A DNA stretch of 32,000 nucleotides from Candidatus Brocadia sp. (GCA_021650915.1 CP091279.1:90001-122000); one strand, 5' to 3'. Numbered from the stretch's first letter, positions 18,719-28,688 are shown. Translations and numbers: made by a program. Notes: a model not told the origin generated them from the letters alone.

Positions 18719-19099
18719 ATGGAATTAAATCACATTGGTATAACAAATAAGAACGAATTGCAGGCGATACAGTTCTATCAGGACTTTTTGGGCCTTGAAA
18801 AGACAAGAGAAATGCTCCTGGCCCCAGAACTTTCAGGGCAATTGTTTTCTCTTTTTCAGGAAATCAAGGTATTGGTATTTGAAAAGCCTGGTCTAAAGGT
18901 TGAGGTATTCATATCCGATTTTCAACATGCCAACCCAAATTTCATTCATTTCGGCCTGATGCTGGATAATTTTACAGAGATAACCGAGAAGGCGCAGCGG
19001 TCTCATGTGGAGATTATCGTCGGAAAACATAAGGAGAAGACCGTGTACTTTCTTAAGGATTTTTCCGGCAACCTGATTGAAATAAAACAAAAATCATAA
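18719..19099 (+). CDS. Glyoxalase/VOC-superfamily protein
   Basis: MELNHIGITNKNELQAIQFYQDFLGLEKTREML ... FIHFGLMLDNFTEITEKAQ ... VYFLKDFSGNLIEIKQK. Confidence 0.82.
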   Translation: MELNHIGITNKNELQAIQFYQDFLGLEKTREMLLAPELSGQLFSLFQEIKVLVFEKPGLKVEVFISDFQHANPNFIHFGLMLDNFTEITEKAQRSHVEIIVGKHKEKTVYFLKDFSGNLIEIKQKS

Positions 19100-19368
19100 G
19101 GCAACAACAACATTGACTATCTCCTTGATCCCTTCCTTGCGAAAGCGGGGCTGAAAAGGGTGGTAGATAAGAGATAATACAGTATTTTGTTCAAACTGAA
19201 ATACGAGGAGAAGTGTTTCAAGAATTTGTTTAACAGGGGACATCTGCGCCAAAAATACTCAGTCCTTTGCTCCTGTTGTTGGTTGACCAAAAAATTCACA
19301 AGTGCAATTCATACGGCGCAATTTACAAAAGATCAGTTTTTTTCATCGGAGGTAATAAAATAAATCCT

Positions 19369-20883
19369 ATGTCGTCAAACGGACTGGATGCAAAGACATT
19401 TTTCGAACATGAAGGCGGTATTACGTATAACGATTTTATTCTGCTTCCGGGTTATATCGATTTTTCGCTCGATGAGATCAGTCTTGAGACATACCTCACC
19501 CGCAATATTAAGATCAAAAGACCCGTTATCAGTTCACCCATGGACACGGTAACCGAATCCAGAATGGCAATCAGCATGGCCATGCTGGGGGGAATGGGCG
19601 TTATTCACTATAATAACAGTATCGAGAGCCAGGCAAAGGAAGTGCGCCGGGTGAAGAGATATGAAAATGGATTTATTACAGAGCCAGTCGTTCTTAGTCC
19701 AAACAATACCATACGAGATGTCGATGCGCTCAAAGAAGCGTACGGTTTTTCAGGGATCCCCATTACTGAAGACGGCACCCTGAACGCGAGACTGGTTGGT
19801 ATTGTTACAAAGCGGGATATCGATTTTGAAGCAGATCGAACCAAGAAGGTAAGAGACGTCATGACCACACAGCTAGTTACTGCACCAGCCGGCATTTCCC
19901 TTGCCGAAGGGAACAGAATTCTTAGAGAAAGCAAGAAAGGCAAGCTTCCTCTTGTGGATAAACAGGGACGTCTCGTGTCCCTGATGAGCCGCACTGATCT
20001 TCTGAAGAATGCAGACTTTCCCTGTGCTTCGAAGAGCAAGGATAAACAACTGATCGTGGGCGCCGCCCTTTCTACCCGGGAAGATGATAAAGAACGCCTG
20101 GATGAATTGGTAAAGGCTGGTGTCGACGTTATCGTTATTGATTCATCCCAGGGTAATTCTGTTTTTCAGATTAATATGATCCGGTACAGCAAAAAGAAAT
20201 ATCCGCATATTGATATCGTGGGTGGAAATGTTGTTACTGTCAGCCAGTGTAAGTCGTTAATTGACGCCGGTGCTGATGCCCTTCGCATCGGTATGGGCAG
20301 CGGTTCAATCTGTATAACCCAGGACACCCTGGCGGTTGGAAGGGCACAAGGGTCGGCAGTCTATCACACGGCAAAGTTTGCCCGAGAATACGCCAATATT
20401 CCGGTTATCGCCGATGGTGGCATCGCCCACATCGGACATATCGTAAAGGCGCTGGCGCTGGGGGCGAGTACCGTCATGATGGGTGGTCTCCTTGCCGGCA
20501 CCAGTGAATCGCCGGGTGAATATTTTTATGAAGGTGGTGTGCGAGTCAAGAAGTACCGCGGTATGGCATCTCATGAGGCGATGGAAAAAGGAGGCGGGAA
20601 ACGATACCTTTCATCGGAAGATCGCATAAAAGTAGCGCAGGGAGTTACTGGCACGGTTGTGGATAAGGGATCTGTCATTAATCTCGTTTCATATCTGATG
20701 CAAAGTTTGCTGCATTCTTTGCAAGAGCTTGGATACCGGAGCATCCAGGAACTCCGTAACGGCATCTACGATGGCACCCTTCGTTTCGAAAAACGTTCCC
20801 AATCCGCGCAGGTGGAAGGGAGTGTCCATAACCTTTATTCATTCAAGGAACCACATCTGGGATTACTGAGAATGGGGAGATAA
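19369..20883 (+). CDS. guaB: Inosine-5'-monophosphate dehydrogenase (eukaryotic-like type)
   Basis: GLTYNDF-like N-terminus, two CBS domains, catalytic loop [51 protein letters not shown]-terminus. Start at ATG 19369 preceded by GGAGG, rather than 19267 in the track. Confidence 0.96.
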   Translation: MSSNGLDAKTFFEHEGGITYNDFILLPGYIDFSLDEISLETYLTRNIKIKRPVISSPMDTVTESRMAISMAMLGGMGVIHYNNSIESQAKEVRRVKRYENGFITEPVVLSPNNTIRDVDALKEAYGFSGIPITEDGTLNARLVGIVTKRDIDFEADRTKKVRDVMTTQLVTAPAGISLAEGNRILRESKKGKLPLVDKQGRLVSLMSRTDLLKNADFPCASKSKDKQLIVGAALSTREDDKERLDELVKAGVDVIVIDSSQGNSVFQINMIRYSKKKYPHIDIVGGNVVTVSQCKSLIDAGADALRIGMGSGSICITQDTLAVGRAQGSAVYHTAKFAREYANIPVIADGGIAHIGHIVKALALGASTVMMGGLLAGTSESPGEYFYEGGVRVKKYRGMASHEAMEKGGGKRYLSSEDRIKVAQGVTGTVVDKGSVINLVSYLMQSLLHSLQELGYRSIQELRNGIYDGTLRFEKRSQSAQVEGSVHNLYSFKEPHLGLLRMGR

Positions 20884-20926
20884 ATTTTACGCGGTCAGTA
20901 TCAGTATTTCCTGATGTCCTTCAGCC

Positions 20927-22273
20927 ATGATCGTTAAGCAAAGTGCCATAGAGGTCGTTAAGACCTTACAAGAGCGCGGTTATAAAGCCTTTTTTGCGGG
21001 TGGCTGTGTGCGCGATATGATTATGGGAAAGGAATCTGCCGACTATGATATCGCTACCAGCGCCTCGCCACAGGACGTCATGAAACTCTTCGAAAAAACT
21101 ATTCCGGTTGGCGCTCAGTTCGGAGTGGTCATTGTTGCCAAAAATAGTCATACCTTTGAGGTAGCTACCTTCCGCACAGAATGTTCTTACCGTGATGGAC
21201 GTCATCCTGATTATGTAGCCTTTAGCACCCCAGAGGAGGATGTCAAACGAAGAGATTTTACCATAAATGGCCTGCTTTACGATCCTGTAACGAATGAGAT
21301 CCTTGATTATGCCGGCGGGCGGGAAGATATTTCCCAGGGGATAATCCGAACGATCGGAGATCCCATTATGCGATTTACTGAAGATAAGCTGCGTATGATA
21401 CGGGCAGTGCGCTTCGCATGCCGATTTCAATTTCCCATTCATCGTGATACCCAACAGGCCATTATCCGGCTTGCATCCCAAATTCACGTAGTGAGCGCCG
21501 AACGCATCCGGGAAGAGATGGAGAAGATCCTTACCGGCCCCAATCCACATATCGGTATCAAACTGCTGGATGAGCTTCATCTCTTGCACGAGATCCTCCC
21601 TGAGGTATCCCATATGAAAGGCGTACGACAGCCTGAAAATTTTCATCCCGAGGGAGACGTCTTTGTGCATACCCTCCTGTGCCTTTCCAAGCTTGTGCCA
21701 CTCGCGGAACAGGGGTTGGACAGACCGTCATTTACCCTGGCCATGGGTGTGCTCTTACACGATATTGGAAAAACGGTCACCTTTGAGGAGTCTGACCGAA
21801 TTCGGTTTAATCTCCATGAAAAGGTGGGTGCAGACATGGCGGCAAGGATCTGTGATCGATTGAAGCTATCTCATGCTGAGAAAGAGCGAGTCGTTTGGCT
21901 TGTCCTGAAACATCTCTATTTTAAGGACGCCCAAAAGATGCGTCTGAACAAGCTCAAGAGACTCTTTGCAAACGAAGGGTATCCGGAACTGGCAGAGTTA
22001 TGCAGGATTGACGCCCTTGCAAGCAGCGGCGATTTGTCTGACTACCACTTTTGTCAGGAGATGTTCAACAAATTGAGCCATGAAGAGGTCAAACCCAAAC
22101 CTCTGATTACTGGCCACGACCTCATCGCTATGGGGCTCAAACCAGGCCCTCTGTTTAAAGATATTTTAACGAAGATCGAGGATGTGCAGCTCGATGGCAA
22201 CATTACAACAAAGGAGGCAGCCATCGAAGAGGCAAAGGCATTGATTTCTCAAATGAACACAATTCATAAATAA
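20927..22273 (+). CDS. cca: CCA tRNA nucleotidyltransferase / poly(A) polymerase family protein
   Basis: FFAGGCVRDMIMGKESADYDIATSA, RRDFTINGLLYDP, FTEDKLRMIRAVRFACRFQF, and HD-domain segment GVLLHDIGKTVTF. Confidence 0.92.
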   Translation: MIVKQSAIEVVKTLQERGYKAFFAGGCVRDMIMGKESADYDIATSASPQDVMKLFEKTIPVGAQFGVVIVAKNSHTFEVATFRTECSYRDGRHPDYVAFSTPEEDVKRRDFTINGLLYDPVTNEILDYAGGREDISQGIIRTIGDPIMRFTEDKLRMIRAVRFACRFQFPIHRDTQQAIIRLASQIHVVSAERIREEMEKILTGPNPHIGIKLLDELHLLHEILPEVSHMKGVRQPENFHPEGDVFVHTLLCLSKLVPLAEQGLDRPSFTLAMGVLLHDIGKTVTFEESDRIRFNLHEKVGADMAARICDRLKLSHAEKERVVWLVLKHLYFKDAQKMRLNKLKRLFANEGYPELAELCRIDALASSGDLSDYHFCQEMFNKLSHEEVKPKPLITGHDLIAMGLKPGPLFKDILTKIEDVQLDGNITTKEAAIEEAKALISQMNTIHK

Positions 22274-22300
22274 ATTTTTTCTATGGGGAGGAAATCTACT

Positions 22301-23893
22301 ATGGGCAAACTTTATCTACTTATAAAGCAGTCCTTCGTCAACATCCTTTTATTTACAGGAGCATTTATTATACCCACTCTTTCAGCCATTTCCTTTGCCG
22401 TAGAAACACGAGATACCAGTCCGCAAGCCACCGAAACACCTATAGCCAAAACGACTGCCACGCCACAGCGAATATTTGGCAACATGAGATTCCGCCACGA
22501 AATGGCAGAGCTTCTGGGAGAGAAGGTGGGGCCGGACGATTCGGGTGATGTCTATAATGCCGGTGGGCTTGCAAGCTATTACACAGGCCCGAAGGAACTT
22601 TTTCCGGGAAAAGGAAAATTCGGAGAACTCTACCGGTTTTTACCCATGGTACGGTGGTATGACCCAGCGTATTATTATAATGCCGACGGCTTTCATCCGG
22701 GAAGTACCGTGAACGGTGAATTTACCAACGACCAATGCGTCACCTGCCATAACATCGAAAATCCGGGTATTGTAACGCAATGGAAACAGAGTAAACATGG
22801 GACGCCACCCGAAGGGAAGGATGTAGTTGGCTGTGACCGCTGTCACGGGAAAAATCATGAAAAGCTCATCATGCCCACGTATGCCCTTTGTGGTGAATGT
22901 CACGAAAAGCAGCTAAAAGGGCATCGTGAGGGTGGCCGCGGTTCCCATGCCCATGCATATCATCTGGAGCTGATAGATCAGGGATGCCAGATGGAAAAGC
23001 CTGCGGAAGAAACGGCTGCCTGCATTGCCTGTCATGCCATTGCAGAAAATCGGTGCGATGGATGCCATACACGACACCGTTTTTCTGCGGCGGAGGCGAG
23101 GAAACCCACCAGTTGCGGGGTATGCCATTCCGGTCCTGAGCAGTATGAATACGAGATGTATATGCAGTCGTATCACGGCATGGTATATCAGGGTGAAGGG
23201 CAGAACTGGGACTGGACAAAGCCGTTGAACGCCAAAAACTATGTGGTTCCTACCTGTGCTTACTGTCACATGTCTGAAGGAAATCATAATATTCTTAATA
23301 TGTCTACGGTCTATACCTATATGGGTACCTCATTAGTAGACCGTGGGGCATACCGGTATAAAGCAACACGGGATGCCTGGATTAATACTTGCAAGGGCTG
23401 CCATTCACCGCGGTTTGCCAGAGACCATTTAGAGGCCATGGACGAGGCGGTAAAACTGAGTTTTACCAAATACCGCGAGGCGATGGTTATTGTCATGGCT
23501 TTATATACCGATAATCTCATTGATCCCATGCCCAGCGATTTAGCCCCCGATTCGAGAGGGCATAGTACGTTCAGCCTTTTGCCTGGTAAGGGCGAGATCC
23601 GGAAATACAATGTTTCAAATATCGAACGATTGACCTACGAGATGCTCGTGGACATCGTTGGTGCTATTTATAAGGCAAAGGCGCACAATGCCTATTATAG
23701 CCCGGTCTACGGATACTGGGAATGGGCGCAGGACAGGTGGCTCATTCAGATCAAGGATGAGGCGAGCAAACTCAAACGCTTTGCCGGGATTGAAGAGAAA
23801 GTTGGCATCAGACACACATCCTACCCCTTTTGGAAACACGGGGAGTATACGGACATGTTGCTTGGATGGAAGCGGAAGGAATGGGGGAAATAG
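22301..23893 (+). CDS. Second octahaem HAO-like cytochrome c
   Basis: Eight CXXCH motifs (CVTCH, CDRCH, CGECH, CIACH, CDGCH, CGVCH, CAYCH, CKGCH). Signal/TM N-terminus. GGGGAGGAAA Shine-Dalgarno before ATG 22301; the track starts it at 22283. Confidence 0.92.
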   Translation: MGKLYLLIKQSFVNILLFTGAFIIPTLSAISFAVETRDTSPQATETPIAKTTATPQRIFGNMRFRHEMAELLGEKVGPDDSGDVYNAGGLASYYTGPKELFPGKGKFGELYRFLPMVRWYDPAYYYNADGFHPGSTVNGEFTNDQCVTCHNIENPGIVTQWKQSKHGTPPEGKDVVGCDRCHGKNHEKLIMPTYALCGECHEKQLKGHREGGRGSHAHAYHLELIDQGCQMEKPAEETAACIACHAIAENRCDGCHTRHRFSAAEARKPTSCGVCHSGPEQYEYEMYMQSYHGMVYQGEGQNWDWTKPLNAKNYVVPTCAYCHMSEGNHNILNMSTVYTYMGTSLVDRGAYRYKATRDAWINTCKGCHSPRFARDHLEAMDEAVKLSFTKYREAMVIVMALYTDNLIDPMPSDLAPDSRGHSTFSLLPGKGEIRKYNVSNIERLTYEMLVDIVGAIYKAKAHNAYYSPVYGYWEWAQDRWLIQIKDEASKLKRFAGIEEKVGIRHTSYPFWKHGEYTDMLLGWKRKEWGK

Positions 23894-24351
23894 AATCTGG
23901 AGTTTATTACGCATTATCGATAAAACTTTATCAGAATTATATTCGTATCGTGGATTTCTGACATAAAATAAATTAACCGGTGTTTATGGTGATCCATATG
24001 CGTGGGTCATCAAACTGGTACGTCGTCACAAAAAACGTTTGTTCGGTTTGTCATACACTATCGAAGGCATACTACGATAATGAAATCAAACGAACAAGAG
24101 GCCTTTCGAGTGGTTCATTCAGGACATACGCTGAATTTGAATATTGCTGTGTATTTTACAAGAAATGTAACGCTGTGAAAGTCGAGGTGCTGTCATGGAT
24201 TGCCTCTAATACTCGATATACCAAGTGATACAAACGCCATATTGGCAGACTCTGTCGAGAGCTTACGGTTAAACGGGCTGCCCCTCTGTGTCAATAATAG
24301 TTGGACACTTTACCCCATATAGTTTAGTGTAGGGCGTAAAGGAGAAAGACT

Positions 24352-24843
24352 ATGAAAAACAGGAGTACAATAAGTTTGAAGACAAATAACACGCCAGGGG
24401 AAACGGAAGGAGCCCGTAGGGCGACTGGAGTTTCCCCTGGCGGCGCAATTCAAAGCGATCATTTTCCTGACCCTGAGGTAACCGAGAAGGCTGTTCGGAG
24501 GAAATTCACCGCGAAATACAAACTCCGCATCCTTCAAGAGGCGGAAGTCTGTGCCACACAGGGTCAAATGGGGGCGCTTTTACGCCGTGAAGGACTCTAT
24601 TCGTCCAACCTCACTACATGGCGTCGTCAACAGAAGAAAGGCGCCCTGGAAACGCTTTCCCCAAAACATCGCGGCCCAAAGGCGAAAAATATCACTCCCT
24701 CCGATCGTCGTATTGCTGAACTGGAAAAGGAAAACTGTCAGCTGAAAGAGAAACTCAAACAGGCAGAAACCATTATTGACGTCCAAAAAAAACTCTCGGA
24801 AATACTTCGGATACCGCTCGATCCAACCGGAGAGAAAATATGA
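24352..24843 (+). CDS. IS3-family transposase OrfA (HTH)
   Basis: RRKFTAKYKLRILQEAEVCATQGQMGALLRREGLYSSNLTTWRRQQKKG ... ELEKENCQLKEKLKQAETIIDVQKKLSEIL: HTH plus leucine zipper. Confidence 0.9.
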   Translation: MKNRSTISLKTNNTPGETEGARRATGVSPGGAIQSDHFPDPEVTEKAVRRKFTAKYKLRILQEAEVCATQGQMGALLRREGLYSSNLTTWRRQQKKGALETLSPKHRGPKAKNITPSDRRIAELEKENCQLKEKLKQAETIIDVQKKLSEILRIPLDPTGEKI

Positions 24844-25718
24844 TGCGTGCCGCTGAATCTCTTGCTCAACAGGTGCGTATCAAAAAGGCCTGCAAGGCGC
24901 TGGGTATCCCAAGAGCGACTTACTATTACTACCAGAAAGGGAAACATGACCTCGTGGGAAAAAGAGGTTATTCGACTCCTCCACTGGCATTATCTGAGCA
25001 AGAACAGCAAGCGGTACTTGATATCTTACATAGTGAACGCTTTATGGATAAGGCCCCGCATGAGATTTATGCAACGTTGCTTGATGAAGGAACCTACCTG
25101 TGCTCCACAAGAACCATGTACCGGATCCTTGAAAAACATGGTGAAGTGCATGAAAGAAGAAACCTGGTGCTCAGACCCCATTACCAGAAACCGGAGCTCC
25201 TGGCAACGGCCTCCAATCAGGTATGGTCATGGGATATTACAAAACTCAAGGGGCCTGCAAAGTGGACATATTTCTATCTCTATGTCATTCTCGACATCTT
25301 CAGCCGTTATGTCGTCGGATGGATGGTTGCATACCGTGAACTGGCCGCATTGGCGCAACGACTTATCGTGGATAGCTGTCAAAAACAGACTATCAGGCCT
25401 GAACAACTGGTAATCCACGCTGATCGTGGATCAAGTATGACATCCAAGCCTGTGGCGTTTCTTCTGTCTGATCTGGGAATAACAAAAAGTCATTCTCGTC
25501 CTTACGTCAGTAACGACAACCCTTATTCGGAGGCACAGTTTAAAACCCTCAAGTACAGGCCGGATTTCCCGGATACTTTCGGCTCAATTGAGGATGCCAG
25601 GGTCTTCTGTAAGAGCTTCTTCACCTGGTACAATACAGAACATCGTCATTCCGGCATCGGTCTCTTGAAACCAGAAGACGTCCACTATGGACGTACGCAT
25701 CAAATTGTGAAAGAATGA
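24840..25718 (+). CDS. IS3-family transposase OrfB (rve DDE integrase core)
   Basis: WSWDITKLKGPAKWTYFYLYVILDIFSRYVVGW ... VIHADRGSSMTSKPVAFLLSDLG ... DNPYSEAQFKTLKYRPDFP ... HRHSGIGLLKPEDVHYG. Confidence 0.94.
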   Translation: MMRAAESLAQQVRIKKACKALGIPRATYYYYQKGKHDLVGKRGYSTPPLALSEQEQQAVLDILHSERFMDKAPHEIYATLLDEGTYLCSTRTMYRILEKHGEVHERRNLVLRPHYQKPELLATASNQVWSWDITKLKGPAKWTYFYLYVILDIFSRYVVGWMVAYRELAALAQRLIVDSCQKQTIRPEQLVIHADRGSSMTSKPVAFLLSDLGITKSHSRPYVSNDNPYSEAQFKTLKYRPDFPDTFGSIEDARVFCKSFFTWYNTEHRHSGIGLLKPEDVHYGRTHQIVKE

Positions 25719-25727
25719 AGTCTTGTC

Positions 25728-25919
25728 TTAAAAACCGCCTTTGAAAATCACCCTGAACGATTCAAAGAAATTCCCCTTGGTTGGTATCAAGTTGTTAAAA
25801 AATGGGGTCATCCCCTGCGCATAACACAAGGGATGTAAACTCCCCTGAATAACAATACGATCGAAGCAAGAGAGAATACTGCGGATATGTTCTGAATAAG
25901 TCTCTGTTAAGAGTCTCAT
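25728..25919 (-). pseudogene. 5' fragment of an unidentified transposase-like gene, abutting the IS3 element
   Basis: MRLLTETYSEHIRSILSCFDRIVIQGSLHPLCYAQGMTPFFNNLIP... reads as a protein N-terminus but stops at ~60 aa next to the IS3 OrfB end. Confidence 0.5.
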
Positions 25920-26489
25920 GGGATATCTTGTTATTGTTTCAATACTAACCCGGATGTCTTGGAGTGGAATGTAATGTAAAAATAGTACACAAACAGGGGG
26001 AAGCGCTACTAAAATAAGCGATATTCTGGCTTGTTTTGGTCAGATACTATTTCGGCCAGAAGATTTAAATTATTTATAAAATCTTCCGATATATGGAATA
26101 AACATTGTTTGTAACCATTCGGCGAGATTAATTTAGAATTTACTTAACGCTTAATATGGGAAAAGAAGTCAGTTGTGGTATGTAAAGCTGTAGATGTGGC
26201 CACTATAGTCTATTGGAAGCTTTTGGAAAGGGAGGTGTGGGACCGGGAAATCTTTCCTTGATCGCAGAGAGAAGCAGGATGAAGGAGGAAAGAAAGGTTG
26301 ATGGACAAGAGGGTTGTGAAGGAGTAACGCTGAAACTGAAGGTGCATGCGACCTTGTGTTACAGTATTAATTGGTCCCCGATAAGAGAATCCAAGAGTAT
26401 TTTGAAGACCGGAGGAGATGTCTGTGAATAGAGATTATGTGTGTAACTTTAACAAGAAGGCCTAATGGTCTTTGGAAGCTTTCGAGAAA

Positions 26490-26826
26490 AAGATCAAGGC
26501 AGAACTTACAAAATCAGAAGTGATGCACGTAGATGAAACGAGCCGGAAGGGAAAAAGGAGGAGGGTAAAAAGGGTAAAGAAGCGGATTTTTTTGGGACGA
26601 TTGTGGGAGTGAGAAGGTGGTGCTCTGAGGTTTATGGACAATAGAAACCTTCTTTTTACGAATAATTTAGATGAGAACGATATTCGGATGACAAAGGCTC
26701 AGCGGAAGACATCGATCTGTTTTCGTCCTTTGGAAAGAACGAAGATTTTCTGCCGTGTTCGTCGTTATTTCTCGGTCTGCCGGTAACAAAGGATAAATTG
26801 CGCCAAGCATTCCAAATGCTGTTCCG
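26490..26826 (+). pseudogene. IS66-family transposase remnant
   Basis: Multi-frame fragments MHVDETSRKGK and NNLDENDIRMTKAQRKTSICFRPLERTKIFCRVRRYFSVC resemble the IS66 C-terminus (VDET..., NNxAExDIRMxKxxxKISGCFR...FCRIRSYxST). Confidence 0.75.
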
Positions 26827-26944
26827 TGGAGAGTCGCCTGATTTAGTCAGCTTGTAGCGGTAGTGTGCGAAAGTCGTTGAGTAGTTATCAAATTTCATGC
26901 TTTGGATTTTGTCTTTTCCGACTCGTTCGGGTAAGGAGGATAAT

Positions 26945-27271
26945 ATGACAATAAAAGATGTTTCTGATGCTTCTCTGCATACCAGAGGCGTTAATTTAAA
27001 TTATATTGAGGAAAATCAATTGCGAATAAAGAGTAATAAGGAACATCAATCTGAAGAAAATAAAGATGATTCTATCTATATTTCCCAGGAAGCAAGAAAA
27101 TTGGAACAGACGATTACTGATCTTAAAAAACTTGCGAACGAGATACCTGAGGTAAGGCATGAAAAGATGGAGGAAATTAAACAAAAAATAAAAGAAGATT
27201 TTTATGACAGGCCTGAAGTGATTTTGCAGACAGCTGAAAAAATCATGGATGTTTTTGGTACTAAGAAGTGA
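26945..27271 (+). CDS. flgM: Putative FlgM-like anti-sigma-28 factor
   Basis: DSIYISQEARKLEQTITDLKKLANEIPEVRHEKMEEIKQKIKEDFYDRPEVILQTAEKIMDVF matches FlgM architecture. GGAGGA upstream of ATG 26945. Confidence 0.65.
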   Translation: MTIKDVSDASLHTRGVNLNYIEENQLRIKSNKEHQSEENKDDSIYISQEARKLEQTITDLKKLANEIPEVRHEKMEEIKQKIKEDFYDRPEVILQTAEKIMDVFGTKK

Positions 27272-27486
27272 ATGCGTTATTTATGTTAGAAAATAAGGCA
27301 ACAAATATCCCAAGAAAGTCTAAGCGGTATATTGGTGTTAAGTTTGATTGTTGTCACGTATATACAAGGGTTTACATGAATAAAGAAGAAACAGCTTACG
27401 AAGGCAGATGTCCAAAATGTCTGAGACGGATAGGTATTAAAATACATAAGGATGGTGTGAATTATAGGTTTTTTTCAGCAATTTAA
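27268..27486 (+). CDS. Small conserved-looking Cys-rich protein (zinc-ribbon-like)
   Basis: YIGVKFDCCHVYTRVYMNKEETAYEGRCPKCLRRIGIKI. GTG start overlaps the previous stop; alternative ATG at ~27286. Confidence 0.55.
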   Translation: MNALFMLENKATNIPRKSKRYIGVKFDCCHVYTRVYMNKEETAYEGRCPKCLRRIGIKIHKDGVNYRFFSAI

Positions 27487-27545
27487 AATGGTTATTTGAA
27501 AAAATAACCGGTAGAGTAGAAAAAGAGAGACTTGGTTAAAGAAAA

Positions 27546-27612
27546 AGCCCTCCAAATATGGTAAAAAAATAGTTTAGATAAAAGAAACTAAACCATAAAG
27601 AAAAGGAGGGCT
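27546..27612 (+). promoter_or_regulatory. Three-segment hairpin with the transposase Shine-Dalgarno in its 3' arm
   Basis: agccctcc (27546-53) pairs with ggagggct (27605-12); tatggt (27557-62) with accata (27592-97); tagttt (27570-75) with aaacta (27585-90). Start codon at 27615. Confidence 0.6.
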
Positions 27613-27614
27613 AT

Positions 27615-27965
27615 ATGGGAGCAACCCTATGCACAGAGAGTATCACAGTAGAATTTGGTTGTCAAATTCGAGTTGAATTAAAGGACGGCAGCTTGGAGTC
27701 GATTCTCAAGGCATTTTGCAAGATACTGCCGGAGATATTAAGGGATTTTATTCAGAAGATCGTGGTTGGTTCTGGTGAGAGTGCGATGGCGCGATCCCTG
27801 AAGCCATTTTGCTGCGACGAGTGTGGGAAAGACAAGGGGTTTATCTGGAAGACGAGGCATGGAAAAGAGACGAAGATACTGACGGTCTTTCAGTGGTTGA
27901 GATTAGAACGGATGTTCACCCCAGGCAAAACACATATTAGTGTTATTGTGTCAGCAATTATGTAG
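27615..27965 (+). pseudogene. N-terminal fragment of a transposase with a Cys-containing (CCDECG) segment
   Basis: LKPFCCDECGKDKGFIWKTRHGKETKILTVFQWLRLERM... ends abruptly without a catalytic region; adjacent sequence belongs to other transposase remnants. Confidence 0.55.
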
Positions 27966-28035
27966 TCACTAATATATTGTTATTATTCAACAATATGCTT
28001 GACATGTGTGAATAATATAGTATATTATAGTGGAC

Positions 28036-28143
28036 ATGCATATTGTGGAAAACAAATCAAAATCCGGCAAAAAAATCTATCGCTCCATTCTTTTACGGGA
28101 ATCGTATCGGGAAGACGGAACGGAATATGTCAATGGAAATTAG
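28036..28143 (+). pseudogene. N-terminal fragment of a transposase (IS1634/IS4-like group)
   Basis: MHIVENKSKSGKKIYRSILLRESYREDGTEYVNGN* resembles the 5' end of a transposase, interrupted by the ISL3-like remnant. Confidence 0.55.
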
Positions 28144-28688
28144 ACACTTTGAAAAATAAGGTTCTTCTCCCAAGTAGTTTGCAAAAGCTTGTATAATTTT
28201 TAATGAAAAGTACCGTTCGTCATGAAACCCATAAGCTTTTCTTTTGATAACTTTGATCTTATTATTAACCCCTTCGAGTTTACTGGTATGAATTTTATAG
28301 TCGCAGTGATTCAAGATTCCGTAGCTGTATTTTGTAAACATATTTGCAAATTTATTCACGACGGAATAGTTGAGCGTTTTCGCTAAGAGGCTCCATTCAT
28401 CAATGGCTTTTCTCGCCCACGTCCGTGAGGTATAGGTCCAAATATGTTTGAGTTTATCTTTAAGAATCAGAACGGTATTTATGGTTTCATTAAGCGACAA
28501 GAGCTGCTTGAGATGTTCTCGGTGTTTTTTCCTGCGAATATTTCGTTTATTTTTTAACAAAAGATATTTTGAACCCTTGATGACGTCCTTATCCTTCTTC
28601 GATGCTTTTTGATATTCAGCATTTCTCACCTTGTCAATAACTTTACCAAAACTTGAAACCACATGAAACAGGTCAAAGACTATCTTAG
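28093..28688 (-). pseudogene. 3' portion of an ISL3-family transposase, split by the IS1634-like element
   Basis: KIVFDLFHVVSSFGKVIDKVRNAEY ... ILNHCDYKIHTSKLEGVNNKIKVIKRKAYGFHDERYFSLKI is the ISL3 DDE C-terminal signature. The frame is cut at the TTAG target site. Confidence 0.85.

Noticed and set aside
19267-19368. N-terminal extension of the IMPDH ORF ([26 protein letters not shown]...)
   Set aside because: Not IMPDH-like. A good GGAGG ribosome-binding site precedes the internal ATG at 19369, from which the homologous protein begins.
26213-26431. 72-aa ORF MEAFGKGGVGPGNLSLIAERS...
   Set aside because: Lies within or next to degraded IS66-like sequence; no domain recognised, most likely relic DNA.
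27999-28196. 65-aa ORF MTCVNNIVYYSGHAYCGKQIKIRQ...
   Set aside because: Out of frame with the clear transposase fragment MHIVENKSKSGKKIYRSILLRESYREDG in the same DNA.
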